Shown here piece after piece: positions 38,201 through 46,565 of a DNA stretch of 64,000 bases. Positions within the stretch are counted from its first letter, which is position 1. Every line of letters starts with the position of its first letter. The notes beneath the pieces are model-generated. The model worked only from the letters and a program-made list of their open reading frames with translations, was not told the DNA's origin and made no database searches. The translations under genes were made by a program, and so were the position numbers. This DNA comes from Dongiaceae bacterium (GTDB lineage Bacteria; Acidobacteriota; Terriglobia; Acidiferrales; UBA7541): contig DATKLU010000005.1 of assembly GCA_035542235.1 (NCBI GenBank), positions 779 through 64,778 of the forward strand. Reading direction: 5' to 3'.

Positions 38201-38736
38201 TTTCAAACGAGGATTTGCTCAGCTACCTGCTGTATCCGGAAGTGTTCCTGAAGTTCGAGAAGTTCCGGCAGATGCATTCGGACGTCAGTGTGCTGCCGAC
38301 CCCGGCATTTTTCTATGGGCTGAAGTCCGGCGAAGAGATTACCGTCGAAATCGAAGCCGGCAAAACGCTCATCATCAAGTTCATGACCGCCAGCGAGCCG
38401 CACCCGGACGGCACGCGCACCCTTTTCTTCGACCTGAACGGGCAGCCGCGCGAGGTGAATGTTCGCGACAGATCGCTGCGGGTGCAGGAGCGCGCTCACC
38501 CCAAGGCCGACCCGGGCGATGCCGGGCAGGTCGGCGCTCCCACCGCCGGCGTCATCAGCGGTATCGCGGTGCAAGCCAATCAGACGGTCGAGCGCGGTGC
38601 TAAACTAATGACCCTGGAAGCCATGAAAATGCAATCCAACATCTATGCGCCCATCGCCGGCCGGATCACCAGGCTGCTCGTTGCCCCTGGCCAGAGCGTG
38701 GAAGCGAAAGATTTGCTCGTGACGATCGCACCGTGA
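35278..38736 (+). CDS. pyc: pyruvate carboxylase (single-chain: biotin carboxylase + carboxyltransferase + BCCP)
   Basis: 1152 aa. The N-terminus is KLLAANRSEIAIRIFRAANEL… (the BC domain). The central …LLITDTTFRDAHQSL… is the CT TIM barrel. The C-terminal biotinyl motif is LEAMKMQ. Start set to ATG 35278. Confidence 0.95.
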   Translation: MSKQKPIRKLLAANRSEIAIRIFRAANELDLRTVAVYSKEDRLALHRFKADEAYLVGAGKGPVEAYLDIAGIVGVAKAKGVDAIHPGYGFLSENPALARACAKAGITFVGPTPELLELLGDKTAARGLAISAGVPVLPGTEKPVKSPAEAKKIAAEIGYPVMVKAAMGGGGRGMRVVRDESELESRLEEARGEARSAFGDASVFLEKYLARARHLEVQILADTHGNLLHLYERDCSVQRRHQKVVEVAPAANLPASVRNELCDAAAQLARKAKYRNAGTVEFLYDVDSQKWYFIEVNPRIQVEHTVTEMVTGIDLVRAQILVAQGHSLHDGVMRLPRQESVPLYGSALQCRVTTEDPEKNFAPDYGKISTYRSPAGFGIRLDGGTAYAGASLAPYYDSLLVKVTAWGTDLPEACQRMDRALREFRIRGVKTNIPFVENVVNHPRFRSGEVTTGFLENYPELFRFPKRGDRATKLLTYLGDVILNGNAEVKGKAVPAVLEPAAIPAASGETPKAGTRQLLKKLGPRKFAEWAKKEKRLLITDTTFRDAHQSLMATRVRTYDLLVTAPAVAERLHNLFSLEMWGGATFDTALRFLHEDPWQRLRQLRAAVPNLCFQMLLRGANAVGYASYPDNVIREFVREAHAEGMDIFRVFDSLNSIDNMRVSLDAVLEAGGVCEAAICYTGDILDKTRPKYSLKYYVGLAKQLEKLGAHFLCIKDMAGLCKPYAAYELVKRLKEEIDLPIHFHTHDSSGINASSVLKACEAGVDIADGAVAAMSGGTSQPNLNAIVAALRNTPRDTGLDLAALNDCSDYWETVRTYYLPFDSGPKAGNARLYEHEIPGGQYTNLREQAVAMGLGHRWREVERMYAEVNQLFGDIVKVTPSSKVVGDMTLFLMAKEMTPADVLKLDDTHDVAFPNSVVEMFSGVLGVPPDGWPKKVQKILLRGASPLQGRPSASMPAADFASEKETLEKKAGHPVSNEDLLSYLLYPEVFLKFEKFRQMHSDVSVLPTPAFFYGLKSGEEITVEIEAGKTLIIKFMTASEPHPDGTRTLFFDLNGQPREVNVRDRSLRVQERAHPKADPGDAGQVGAPTAGVISGIAVQANQTVERGAKLMTLEAMKMQSNIYAPIAGRITRLLVAPGQSVEAKDLLVTIAP

Positions 38737-39506
38737 GTGACGGCCAACTTCGCAGACACGACCATTTCCGTTCCCGCTTTCTCCGCAACCAGCGCAGCCT
38801 GATCGTGTACCTGCCGCCCGGCTATCACGAGCAGCCGCAGCGCTTCTTCCCGGTGCTCTACCTGCATGATGGCCAGAACCTGTTCGATGGCTCGACCTCT
38901 TTCATTCAGGGCCAGGATTGGCACGTTGCCCAGAGCGCCGACGCTGAGATACACGCCGGTCGCGTGGAGCCGCTGATTATCGTCGGCATCTACAACACCG
39001 GAAAATCGCGCATCCGCGAATACACACCCACCAGAGTGCCCAAGCTTGGCGGAGGGCGCGCCGACCGTTACGGCAAATTCCTTCTCGAAGAGGTCATGCC
39101 GTTCGTGCACGGCGAATATCGCGCGCAGGGCGGCCACGCGCACACCGGCATTGGCGGGTCTTCCCTGGGCGGGCTGGTCTCGCTGTACCTGGGCCTGCTG
39201 CGCTCGGACGTCTTTGGAAAAATCGCGGCACTGTCGCCTTCGGTCTGGTGGAACCAGCGCGTCATCCACCAGTTCGCGGAAAGCATGCCGGTGCACTCGC
39301 GGCCCAGAATCTGGCTGGATATTGGCACCCGCGAAGGCCCAAGAATCGTGGACGACGTCGAACGCTACCGCGACGTCTTGCTGCACCGCGGCTGGCAATA
39401 CGGCCGCGATCTGCACTACGAACGCATCGAAGGCGGCGAGCACAATGAAGCCGCCTGGGCGCGTCGCGTTGCGCCTTTCCTGCGGTTTTTGTACCCGGTG
39501 ACCTGA
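38733..39506 (+). CDS. alpha/beta-hydrolase, putative-esterase (esterase D / enterochelin-esterase-like) family
   Basis: …LIVYLPPGYHEQPQRFFPVLYLHDGQNLFDG… and nucleophile elbow GGSSLGG. The GTG start overlaps the pyc stop (GTGA 38733-38736). Confidence 0.75.
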   Translation: MSDGQLRRHDHFRSRFLRNQRSLIVYLPPGYHEQPQRFFPVLYLHDGQNLFDGSTSFIQGQDWHVAQSADAEIHAGRVEPLIIVGIYNTGKSRIREYTPTRVPKLGGGRADRYGKFLLEEVMPFVHGEYRAQGGHAHTGIGGSSLGGLVSLYLGLLRSDVFGKIAALSPSVWWNQRVIHQFAESMPVHSRPRIWLDIGTREGPRIVDDVERYRDVLLHRGWQYGRDLHYERIEGGEHNEAAWARRVAPFLRFLYPVT

Positions 39507-39552
39507 ACCCGCGCTATACTGCGCGACCTTACGGCAGTCCGGAGGACGCCGC

Positions 39553-40755
39553 GTGCCGGAGCAGCAACTTACCATCCTGTGTGTCAGCAGCTACGAAAAA
39601 GGGCAGGAGTTTTTGCGCACCTGCAAGGCGATGGGCTGCCGGGTGTACCTGCTGACGGTCGAAAAGCTGCGCAATGCCGACTGGCCGCGCGAAAGCATCG
39701 ACGAAATGTTTTTCATGCCGGAAGAGCTGCCGTTGCCGCAGTTGATCAATGCTGTGAGTTACGCGGCACGGAGCCGCAAGATCGACCGCATCGTGGCCCT
39801 GGACGAATTCGACATGGAGAATGTCTCCGCCCTGCGCGAGCACCTGCGCATTCCCGGCATGGGGCTGACCACCGTTCGCTACTTTCGCGACAAACTCGCC
39901 ATGCGCGCCAAGGCCAGGGAGTCCGGCATTCTGGTGCCGGAGTTCGTACACGTCCTCAATCACGATGAGTTGCGCGCCTTTATGGACCGCGTTCCTGGCC
40001 CCTGGCTGCTCAAGCCGCGCTCGCAAGCTTCCGGTATCGGCATGAAGAAGATTCAGCGGCCGGACGAGCTGTGGCCCTGGCTGGACCAGCTTGCGGACGA
40101 GCAGTCCCAGTTCTTGCTGGAGGCGTTCGTGCCGGGCCGGGTGTTTCACGTGGATAGCGTGGTCAGCGAGCGGGAGGTGCTGTTCGCCGACGCGCACGCT
40201 TATGGCACGCCGCCCCTCGACGTCTCGCACGCTGGCGGCGTATTCACCACCCGCACGCTGCAGCGCGATTCGGACGACGCCAACGCGTTGTTCGAAATCA
40301 ATCGCCAACTGATCACCGCGCTCGGTTTGGTGCGCGGCGTGACCCATGCCGAGTTCCTGAAGGCGCACGCAGGCGGCAAGTTTTATTTCATTGAGATCGC
40401 CGCGCGGGTCGGCGGCGCGTACATCGCCGACGTCGTCGAGAACGCCAGCGGCGTCAACCTTTGGCGCGAGTGGGCCAGGCTGGAAGTGGGCGCAGGGAAG
40501 CAGCCCTACACCCTTCCCACCGTGCGCAAAGACTATGCAGGGGTCATTCTATCGCTTGCCAAACAGGACGAGCCGGACACTTCGGCCTATTCCGACCCGG
40601 AAATCGTCTACCGCATCAAGAAGTATCACCATGCGGGGCTGATCGTGAAGTCGCCGAGCGCCCAGCGCGTGGAGGCGCTGCTCGATTCGTATGCCCCGCG
40701 CTTCGTCGCGGACTTCCTGGCGTCGCAGCCTGTTCCCGACAAACCGACCGCCTGA
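39553..40755 (+). CDS. ATP-grasp domain ligase of unknown substrate
   Basis: …YFRDKLAMRAKARESGILVPEF…PWLLKPRSQASGIGMKKI…FLLEAFVPGRVFHVDSVV…THAEFLKAHAGGKFYFIEIAARVGGAYI… follows the ATP-grasp layout. GTG start lies 6 nt after GGAGGA. Confidence 0.75.
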   Translation: MPEQQLTILCVSSYEKGQEFLRTCKAMGCRVYLLTVEKLRNADWPRESIDEMFFMPEELPLPQLINAVSYAARSRKIDRIVALDEFDMENVSALREHLRIPGMGLTTVRYFRDKLAMRAKARESGILVPEFVHVLNHDELRAFMDRVPGPWLLKPRSQASGIGMKKIQRPDELWPWLDQLADEQSQFLLEAFVPGRVFHVDSVVSEREVLFADAHAYGTPPLDVSHAGGVFTTRTLQRDSDDANALFEINRQLITALGLVRGVTHAEFLKAHAGGKFYFIEIAARVGGAYIADVVENASGVNLWREWARLEVGAGKQPYTLPTVRKDYAGVILSLAKQDEPDTSAYSDPEIVYRIKKYHHAGLIVKSPSAQRVEALLDSYAPRFVADFLASQPVPDKPTA

Positions 40756-40945
40756 CGGCCCGGCGTCGTTTTCCACAGCCCGGTCCAGGGCCCGGCCAGT
40801 ACTGTCACTGTACGCAAGGGTAGTTACTTTCACGCACGTTTGCCTGATAGCTTGTTTGCGGTGTTCTTCCCGCAGGTCTAGAGTTTCTAATCACCCCGGC
40901 TGGAATTCACGAGGGGTAGTCGTCCCTGAGCCTTGGGAGGGTTCC

Positions 40946-41494
40946 ATGTGGGGGAACGCTAAAAAGCCGGATACGCCGCAAGCAGCGCAACCGGAGCCGA
41001 AAATTCTTTCGAACAATCAGGCGCCGAAGCCAGCTCCGGCGACTTGGGAGGGAACAACCGCGATGAGTACTAGTCCATTGGGTGCTACCGGCGATCGCGC
41101 AACCGCGCGGCTCGGCGCTAGCCTGCACGTTAAGGGAGAAATCAGCGGCAGCGAAGACTTGCTGATTGACGGCTCGGTCGAAGGGCTGATCCAGCTCGAT
41201 GAGCGCAAGCTCACCGTGGGGGCCACCGCCAAGCTGACCGCCGACATCATTGCCCGCGAAGTCGTCGTGTACGGCAGCGTGAAAGGCAATCTCCGCGCCA
41301 AGGATCGTATCGAGATCAAGAAGGACGGCTCGGTGAACGGCGATCTCACGACCGCGCGCATCATGATCGAAGACGGCGCCTACTTCAAGGGCTCCATCGA
41401 AATCGATAAGAGCGCGGAAAAGGAATCGTCCGGGAGCGCTTTCTCCAAGGCCAGCTCGCCGGCGCCGGCGACCGCGGGCCCCAAGAGCATCTAA
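40946..41494 (+). CDS. bactofilin (polymer-forming cytoskeletal protein)
   Basis: …LHVKGEISGSEDLLIDGSVEGLIQLDERKLTVGATAKLTADIIAREVVVYGSVKGNLRAKDRIEIKKDGSVNGDLTTARIMIEDGAYFKGSIEI is the beta-helical bactofilin core. Start is ATG 40946 after GGGAGGG. Confidence 0.85.
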   Translation: MWGNAKKPDTPQAAQPEPKILSNNQAPKPAPATWEGTTAMSTSPLGATGDRATARLGASLHVKGEISGSEDLLIDGSVEGLIQLDERKLTVGATAKLTADIIAREVVVYGSVKGNLRAKDRIEIKKDGSVNGDLTTARIMIEDGAYFKGSIEIDKSAEKESSGSAFSKASSPAPATAGPKSI

Positions 41495-41517
41495 GCCCGA
41501 TCTATCCACTGCTTTCT

Positions 41518-41554
41518 GCGGCGCGGACCAAACGGTTCGCGCCGCTTTGTTTTT
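41518..41554 (+). terminator. rho-independent terminator after bactofilin gene
   Basis: GCGGCGCGGACC-aaac-GGTTCGCGCCGC (12-bp stem with one G-U) followed by TTTGTTTTT. Confidence 0.7.
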
Positions 41555-41605
41555 GCCGCTCGGTTTTTCCTCAACTGCAAAAATCCAGGTCTAATATTAT
41601 CTAGC

Positions 41606-41633
41606 TTGACAATTCATTCTTTTCAGATATTCT
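41606..41633 (+). promoter_or_regulatory. candidate promoter TTGACA-16-TATTCT
   Basis: TTGACA at 41606-41611 and TATTCT at 41628-41633, in an AT-rich patch about 110 nt upstream of the large lipoprotein gene. Confidence 0.4.
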
Positions 41634-41739
41634 CCCCAGCGCAGTTTCGCGGCGCTCTCCGGCCCGGGCGAATCTGGGGTCCCCGGCGCGGCCGGTTTGC
41701 GTACTTGGAGCAAGTGTGGCCGACACTTGCGCGTAAGGA

Positions 41740-44700
41740 ATGCCCGAAGGCACAGCTCGACCCGTGTTTTTGTGGGCCTTGGTCGCGGCCAGCCTTCTCT
41801 TTTCGGGCTGCGGCGGAGGCGGTAGTCCGGAGCGGCAACAAGCTCCGCCGCCGATTCCCGACTTTTCCATCACTGTAAGCCCCTCCTCTGTCTCCATTCC
41901 GCAAGGCACCACGAGTACGGGCATTCAGATCAGCGTGCAAGCGATCCACGGCTTCAATAGCGCTGTGCAGATTGCGCTGAGCGGCTTGCCATCTGGGGTC
42001 ACGGCAAACCCCGGGGCAACGTTCAGCGTTGCGGCCGGGAACAGCGTCACGCTGCTACTCGGTGCATCCAACTCCGCCGCTACTGGAAGCGTCACCGTTT
42101 CGGTGACGGCCACCGGCGCAGGGCTGACGCACTCAACCTCTTTGGCGCTGACGGTCAGCGCGGTGCAGCCCGCTGCCGTCCCGCGGACAGCGTTCACCCG
42201 GACCGACGCGGTTGCGGCGCTGGACGATCCCGCTGCAGAGCCGCATCACCGCCATATCGCCTACGACGCCGCAAACAAGCACATCTTCGTTGCCAACCGA
42301 GCCATGAATCGCGTCGAGGTTCTGTCGTCTACGGACGGCTCGCAGGTGACGCAAGTCAGCATCCCGGGAGCCTCGAGCGCGGATCTTTCCGCCGACGGTC
42401 AGCTCGTTTGGGTCGGCACCGCCTCCGAACAGCTTGCCGCCATCAGCACCGCGACGCTGCAGGTCGCCTCGGCCGGCCAGCTTGCCGGTCTGACCCCGAT
42501 TCCCAACACCGTATTCGACCGTCCGGAAGAACTCGTTAGCTTGCGCGGCGGGAAGCTTCTTGTGCGGCTCCGCGAGGGCGGGGGCAGCGAAGCGTTGCTC
42601 GCGTCGTATGACCCCAATTCGAACACGCTCACCGACCTGACGCCGTTGGCGCCACAGGTATTCCAGCACGGAGTCGGTGTAATCGCTCGCTCCGCGGATC
42701 GCAACAGGGCACTTGTGGCGTCGAATGACGCTACGGGCACCGTCCTTCTGCTCGACGGCAATGCCGCGGTGGCGGCCGGCCCGCAAGTCATTGCATCCGG
42801 AACGATTCTTTACGCGGCCGCGAGCCCGGGTGGTACGCAGTTTGCCGTGATTCAAGCTGCTTCCGGCGGCGAGCAAGTGCTGCTGCTCGATTCGGCGCTT
42901 GGCGTTGTCGCCAGCCGCCCCACTTCGAATGCCCGAGGCGTTGTCTTTTCCAGCGATGGCAAGAATCTCTTCGTGGCGGAGAACAGCAACGACCTGCCGT
43001 TGCTCTCACTGCTGTCGGCGGCGGATTTGAGCGCCGTCGGCTGGTCTGCAGACCCAGCCATCCAGTCGCTGGGCAGCGAGATTGAAGAGACGGACGAGAC
43101 CGGCATGGTGTTTGGGTGCGCCAACCGCGGGGTCAGCCTCCTCGATGCGTCGCAATTCGCCGCACCGCAGGGCGGCACTCTGCTTCCGGCACTGGCCGCC
43201 AATCCCGCGGCTGCCCCGAACGCAGGACCGAGCGCAGGCGGCACCAGCGTTACGCTCACCGGGCAGAATTTCACAGCGAACCCAGCCATCCATTTCGGGT
43301 CGCAAAACTCTCTCGTCTCCTCCAGCAATGCGACGCAGATCCTGACCAGGTCTCCAGCGAGTGCCGCCGCCGGCGCGGTCAACCTCTCCGCGTATTTTTC
43401 GAATGGCGGAGTGGTTCTTGCGCCGGATGCTTTTGCGTATGGCCCGCAAATCCTGAACGTGCTGCCCAATGCCGGAAACAGCAATGGCGGCGAGAGCGTC
43501 GCCATCTATGGCTACGGTTTTGGCGAGGACCCCGGGAAAGTCGCGGTAAAGTTCGGTTCCGCTGCGGCCACCGTGCAGAAACTGGAAGACGTTGCGGCAG
43601 TCGCCGCTTCGCTCGGCCTGGATGCAGCGTATCCATTTCCGCTGCAGCGCCTCACCGTTACCACACCGGCCGCGGCCGCCGGAAAGTCGGATTTATCGGT
43701 TAGCGCGCCGGCAGGCTCGGCGCTGGCAAGGCTGGGATTCCAGTTCACGCAGTCGCAGCAGGTCTTCGCAAAGCCCGGTTTCTACAAATTCTTGCTGTAC
43801 GACGCCTCGCGTCAAGTGGTCTATCTTACCGGGACGGATCACCTGGATGTGCTGGATCTCGCCTCGGGCGTGTACCGAGCGCCGCTCACCCCTCCCGGCG
43901 GGTCGCCGCCCAACGCGCTGCTGCGCCAGGCCATCCTCATTCCGCAGACTCCGCAGGTCGCTCTCGCGGACTTCGGAGCGCAGAGCGTCTATCTGCTCAA
44001 CCCGGACACTGCCGCCGGCACCGTGGTGTCGGTCGGCGGCATCCAGGGTGATCCAAATTCGGGTCCGGTGCGCATCGCCGCGACCTCCGCCAATACCATC
44101 TTCGTCGGCATGGCGAGTTACGGCGGCAGCACCTCCGGATGCTCCACGTGCCTGCAACAGATGAATCTTTCCGCGTCGCCGGTCACCACGGCGCCAGCGC
44201 CGCAGCCGCAAGTCTCCACGCTGACCAGTGCGCCTCTCGTTGATTCCAGCGCCGACGGCAACTCGGTTTTCTTTGCCTTCGCGGCTGCTCCCGGCCAGCC
44301 CATGGCTGGGTGGGCTGCGTCCGCGCCCCAGCAATTCGCTACGGCGGCAACCAATATTTCCGCCGCGGATCTCGCCACCGCGGCGGACGGCACTTTTTTC
44401 GCCACGCAAGCATCGGGGCGCATCGAAATTCGCGACACTTCACTGGCATTGCGGTCGGTCACCGTAATCTCGGAAAGGGAGGGCATCCCCGCGGGGACGG
44501 TTGTGCCGGGGATTGCCCTTCATCCGAGCGGCGCTTTGGTTTACGTGCCTTTCCTCAGCGGGCCGGCGCCCGCCTCGCCGCCGTTCACCGGATTGCAGGG
44601 TGGGGTGGATATTTTCGACGCGCATTCTGGCCGGCTCCGTCTGCGCGTTTTCCTGCCCGAGCCATTCGCCGCGCTCCGTGCCGATAGTGACGGCCTGCAC

Positions 44701-45039
44701 GGAAAATTTCTTACCATCGACGAAAACGGCCAGCGGCTTTTTGCGCTGACCGCATCCGGGTTGACCGTCGTTCAACTTGCCAGAGTCCCGCTCGGCATCG
44801 GCGTGCTCTCCCCTGCCAACGGTCCCTCTGCCGGGGGTACGGCCATCACGTTGCGCGGCAGCGGTTTCGCGAGCGGCGCGACCGTCACCATCGGCGGCCA
44901 GCCCGCGAACGTCTCCTTTGTGGACATGAACACCCTGAAGCTCACCGCGCCGGCCGTCGCTTCCGGTCTGCAACGCGTGGTTGTCACCAACCCCGATGGC
45001 GAATCGGTTGTGCTCGAAGCCGGATACACCGCCAACTAA
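41740..45039 (+). CDS. large surface lipoprotein: Ig-like domain + beta-propeller-like region + three IPT/TIG domains
   Basis: Lipobox LLFSGC in MPEGTARPVFLWALVAASLLFSGCGGGGS. IPT/TIG-like segments are …NAGPSAGGTSVTLTGQNF…, …PNAGNSNGGESVAIYGYGF… and …PANGPSAGGTAITLRGSGF…. YVTN/propeller-like repeats lie in between. Confidence 0.75.
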   Translation: MPEGTARPVFLWALVAASLLFSGCGGGGSPERQQAPPPIPDFSITVSPSSVSIPQGTTSTGIQISVQAIHGFNSAVQIALSGLPSGVTANPGATFSVAAGNSVTLLLGASNSAATGSVTVSVTATGAGLTHSTSLALTVSAVQPAAVPRTAFTRTDAVAALDDPAAEPHHRHIAYDAANKHIFVANRAMNRVEVLSSTDGSQVTQVSIPGASSADLSADGQLVWVGTASEQLAAISTATLQVASAGQLAGLTPIPNTVFDRPEELVSLRGGKLLVRLREGGGSEALLASYDPNSNTLTDLTPLAPQVFQHGVGVIARSADRNRALVASNDATGTVLLLDGNAAVAAGPQVIASGTILYAAASPGGTQFAVIQAASGGEQVLLLDSALGVVASRPTSNARGVVFSSDGKNLFVAENSNDLPLLSLLSAADLSAVGWSADPAIQSLGSEIEETDETGMVFGCANRGVSLLDASQFAAPQGGTLLPALAANPAAAPNAGPSAGGTSVTLTGQNFTANPAIHFGSQNSLVSSSNATQILTRSPASAAAGAVNLSAYFSNGGVVLAPDAFAYGPQILNVLPNAGNSNGGESVAIYGYGFGEDPGKVAVKFGSAAATVQKLEDVAAVAASLGLDAAYPFPLQRLTVTTPAAAAGKSDLSVSAPAGSALARLGFQFTQSQQVFAKPGFYKFLLYDASRQVVYLTGTDHLDVLDLASGVYRAPLTPPGGSPPNALLRQAILIPQTPQVALADFGAQSVYLLNPDTAAGTVVSVGGIQGDPNSGPVRIAATSANTIFVGMASYGGSTSGCSTCLQQMNLSASPVTTAPAPQPQVSTLTSAPLVDSSADGNSVFFAFAAAPGQPMAGWAASAPQQFATAATNISAADLATAADGTFFATQASGRIEIRDTSLALRSVTVISEREGIPAGTVVPGIALHPSGALVYVPFLSGPAPASPPFTGLQGGVDIFDAHSGRLRLRVFLPEPFAALRADSDGLHGKFLTIDENGQRLFALTASGLTVVQLARVPLGIGVLSPANGPSAGGTAITLRGSGFASGATVTIGGQPANVSFVDMNTLKLTAPAVASGLQRVVVTNPDGESVVLEAGYTAN

Positions 45040-45139
45040 GCACGTTCCCCTCGCCTGCAACTTTTCGTTGGCGTGTTTCATTCAATGCGGCAAACTGAAC
45101 GTGCATTTCAACGGGCCACGGCACCGAACCAGGAGACCC

Positions 45140-46108
45140 ATGCAAACGCGGCAACTTGGCAATTCCGATCTGCAGATCACGCCAGTCGGTTATGGCGCAT
45201 GGGCCATTGGCGGCTCCGGCTGGGAATTCGCCTGGGGCCAGCAGGATGACAACGACTCGCTTGCCGCGATTCTTCGTTCGCTGGAACTTGGCGTCAACTG
45301 GATTGATACCGCCCCGGTTTATGGCACCGGGCACTCCGAAGAAGTCGTCGCCCGCGCTTTGAAGGAATGGAAAGGCCAGCGACCCTACATCTTCACCAAG
45401 TGCGTCCTGCGCTGGGACGAAAACCGCAAGGTCTATCACGATCATTCCAAGGCCGGGATCCGCAAGGAATGCGAAGACAGCTTGCGCCGCCTGCAAACCG
45501 ATGCCATCGATCTTTACCAGATGCACTGGCCGCCTCGCGATAACGGCGCTGGATTGGAAGAAGCCTGGTCCGCGATGAGCGAACTGCAGACGGAAGGCAA
45601 AGTCCGCTGGATCGGCGTCTCCAACTTTAACGCCGGGCAGATGGCGCGTGCCGCCGCCATTGCCCCGGTGACTTCGAACCAGCCCCCCTACTCCATCATT
45701 CGCCGCAAAATCGAAGAAGAAGTTTTGCCGTATTGCCAGCAGCAAAAGATCGGGGTCATCAGTTACGCGCCGATGGCCTCCGGCCTGCTCAGCGGCGCCA
45801 TGACCCGGGAGCGCGCCGCCGCACTGCCCCCGGATGATTTTCGCAGCCGCAATCCGGAATTCAGAGAGCCGCGTATTTCGAAAAACATCGAGCTTGTGGA
45901 GCGCCTGCGGAATGTGGGCGCGCGCCATGGCCGCGGCCCCGGCGAAGTGGCGATTGCCTGGGTGCTGCGGAATCCGGCGGTCACCGGCGCCATTGTAGGC
46001 GCGCGTAACGCCAAGCAGGCGGAAGGCGTCATGCGGGCCGGAGAACTGCAACTAACCCCGCAAGAAATCGCCGAAATCGAGGGCGCTGCCGCGGCGGCCG
46101 CGCGCTGA
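45140..46108 (+). CDS. aldo/keto reductase
   Basis: MQTRQLGNSDLQITPVGYGAWAIGG…LELGVNWIDTAPVYGTGHSEEVVARAL…IDLYQMHWP… Start set to ATG 45140 after AGGAG. Confidence 0.9.
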   Translation: MQTRQLGNSDLQITPVGYGAWAIGGSGWEFAWGQQDDNDSLAAILRSLELGVNWIDTAPVYGTGHSEEVVARALKEWKGQRPYIFTKCVLRWDENRKVYHDHSKAGIRKECEDSLRRLQTDAIDLYQMHWPPRDNGAGLEEAWSAMSELQTEGKVRWIGVSNFNAGQMARAAAIAPVTSNQPPYSIIRRKIEEEVLPYCQQQKIGVISYAPMASGLLSGAMTRERAAALPPDDFRSRNPEFREPRISKNIELVERLRNVGARHGRGPGEVAIAWVLRNPAVTGAIVGARNAKQAEGVMRAGELQLTPQEIAEIEGAAAAAAR

Positions 46109-46115
46109 AAACGAA

Positions 46116-46565
46116 TCAAGCGCGCAGGTTGTCGGCGCGCCAGTCCCGAATCAGCAGCTTGATCGCTTTGCGGTCGCGAATCTTCTCGTCGAGCACCTTT
46201 CGCGCCAGGCCCGGCAGCTCCGCGTCGCTGGCAAATCGCAAGGAAACGAACTGTGCCACGGTGAACTCGCCCATACGCGCCTGCAAATCCGCGGGCAGCA
46301 GCCGCTGATAACGCAGTTGTTCCTCCAGGCGAATCACCCGGTCTTGCACGGTGAGCGCGAAGGTGCGCGCGAGAAAAGCCGTGGTGATCAAGGCCAGCGC
46401 CATCAGAAGATGAAACACCAGTTGCAGCAGGCCCAGAGCTCCGGAATTCCGCCAGCGAACCAACCAGTAGATGCTCTGACCAAGGTTCAGGAGCAGCACC
46501 GGAAGCAGGAAAAAGTGAAACGCCGGAACCCACTTGGTGTGATTGGAGTAGCTCTGCCCGCTCAT
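46116..46565 (-). CDS. hypothetical membrane protein (2-3 TM) translationally coupled to upstream peptidase
   Basis: Start is ATG 46565 (MSGQSYSNHTKWVPAFHFFLLPVLLLNLGQSIYWLV…), overlapping the stop of the upstream gene (ATGA 46562-46565). The track extension to 46958 is rejected. Confidence 0.65.
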   Translation of the reverse strand: MSGQSYSNHTKWVPAFHFFLLPVLLLNLGQSIYWLVRWRNSGALGLLQLVFHLLMALALITTAFLARTFALTVQDRVIRLEEQLRYQRLLPADLQARMGEFTVAQFVSLRFASDAELPGLARKVLDEKIRDRKAIKLLIRDWRADNLRA

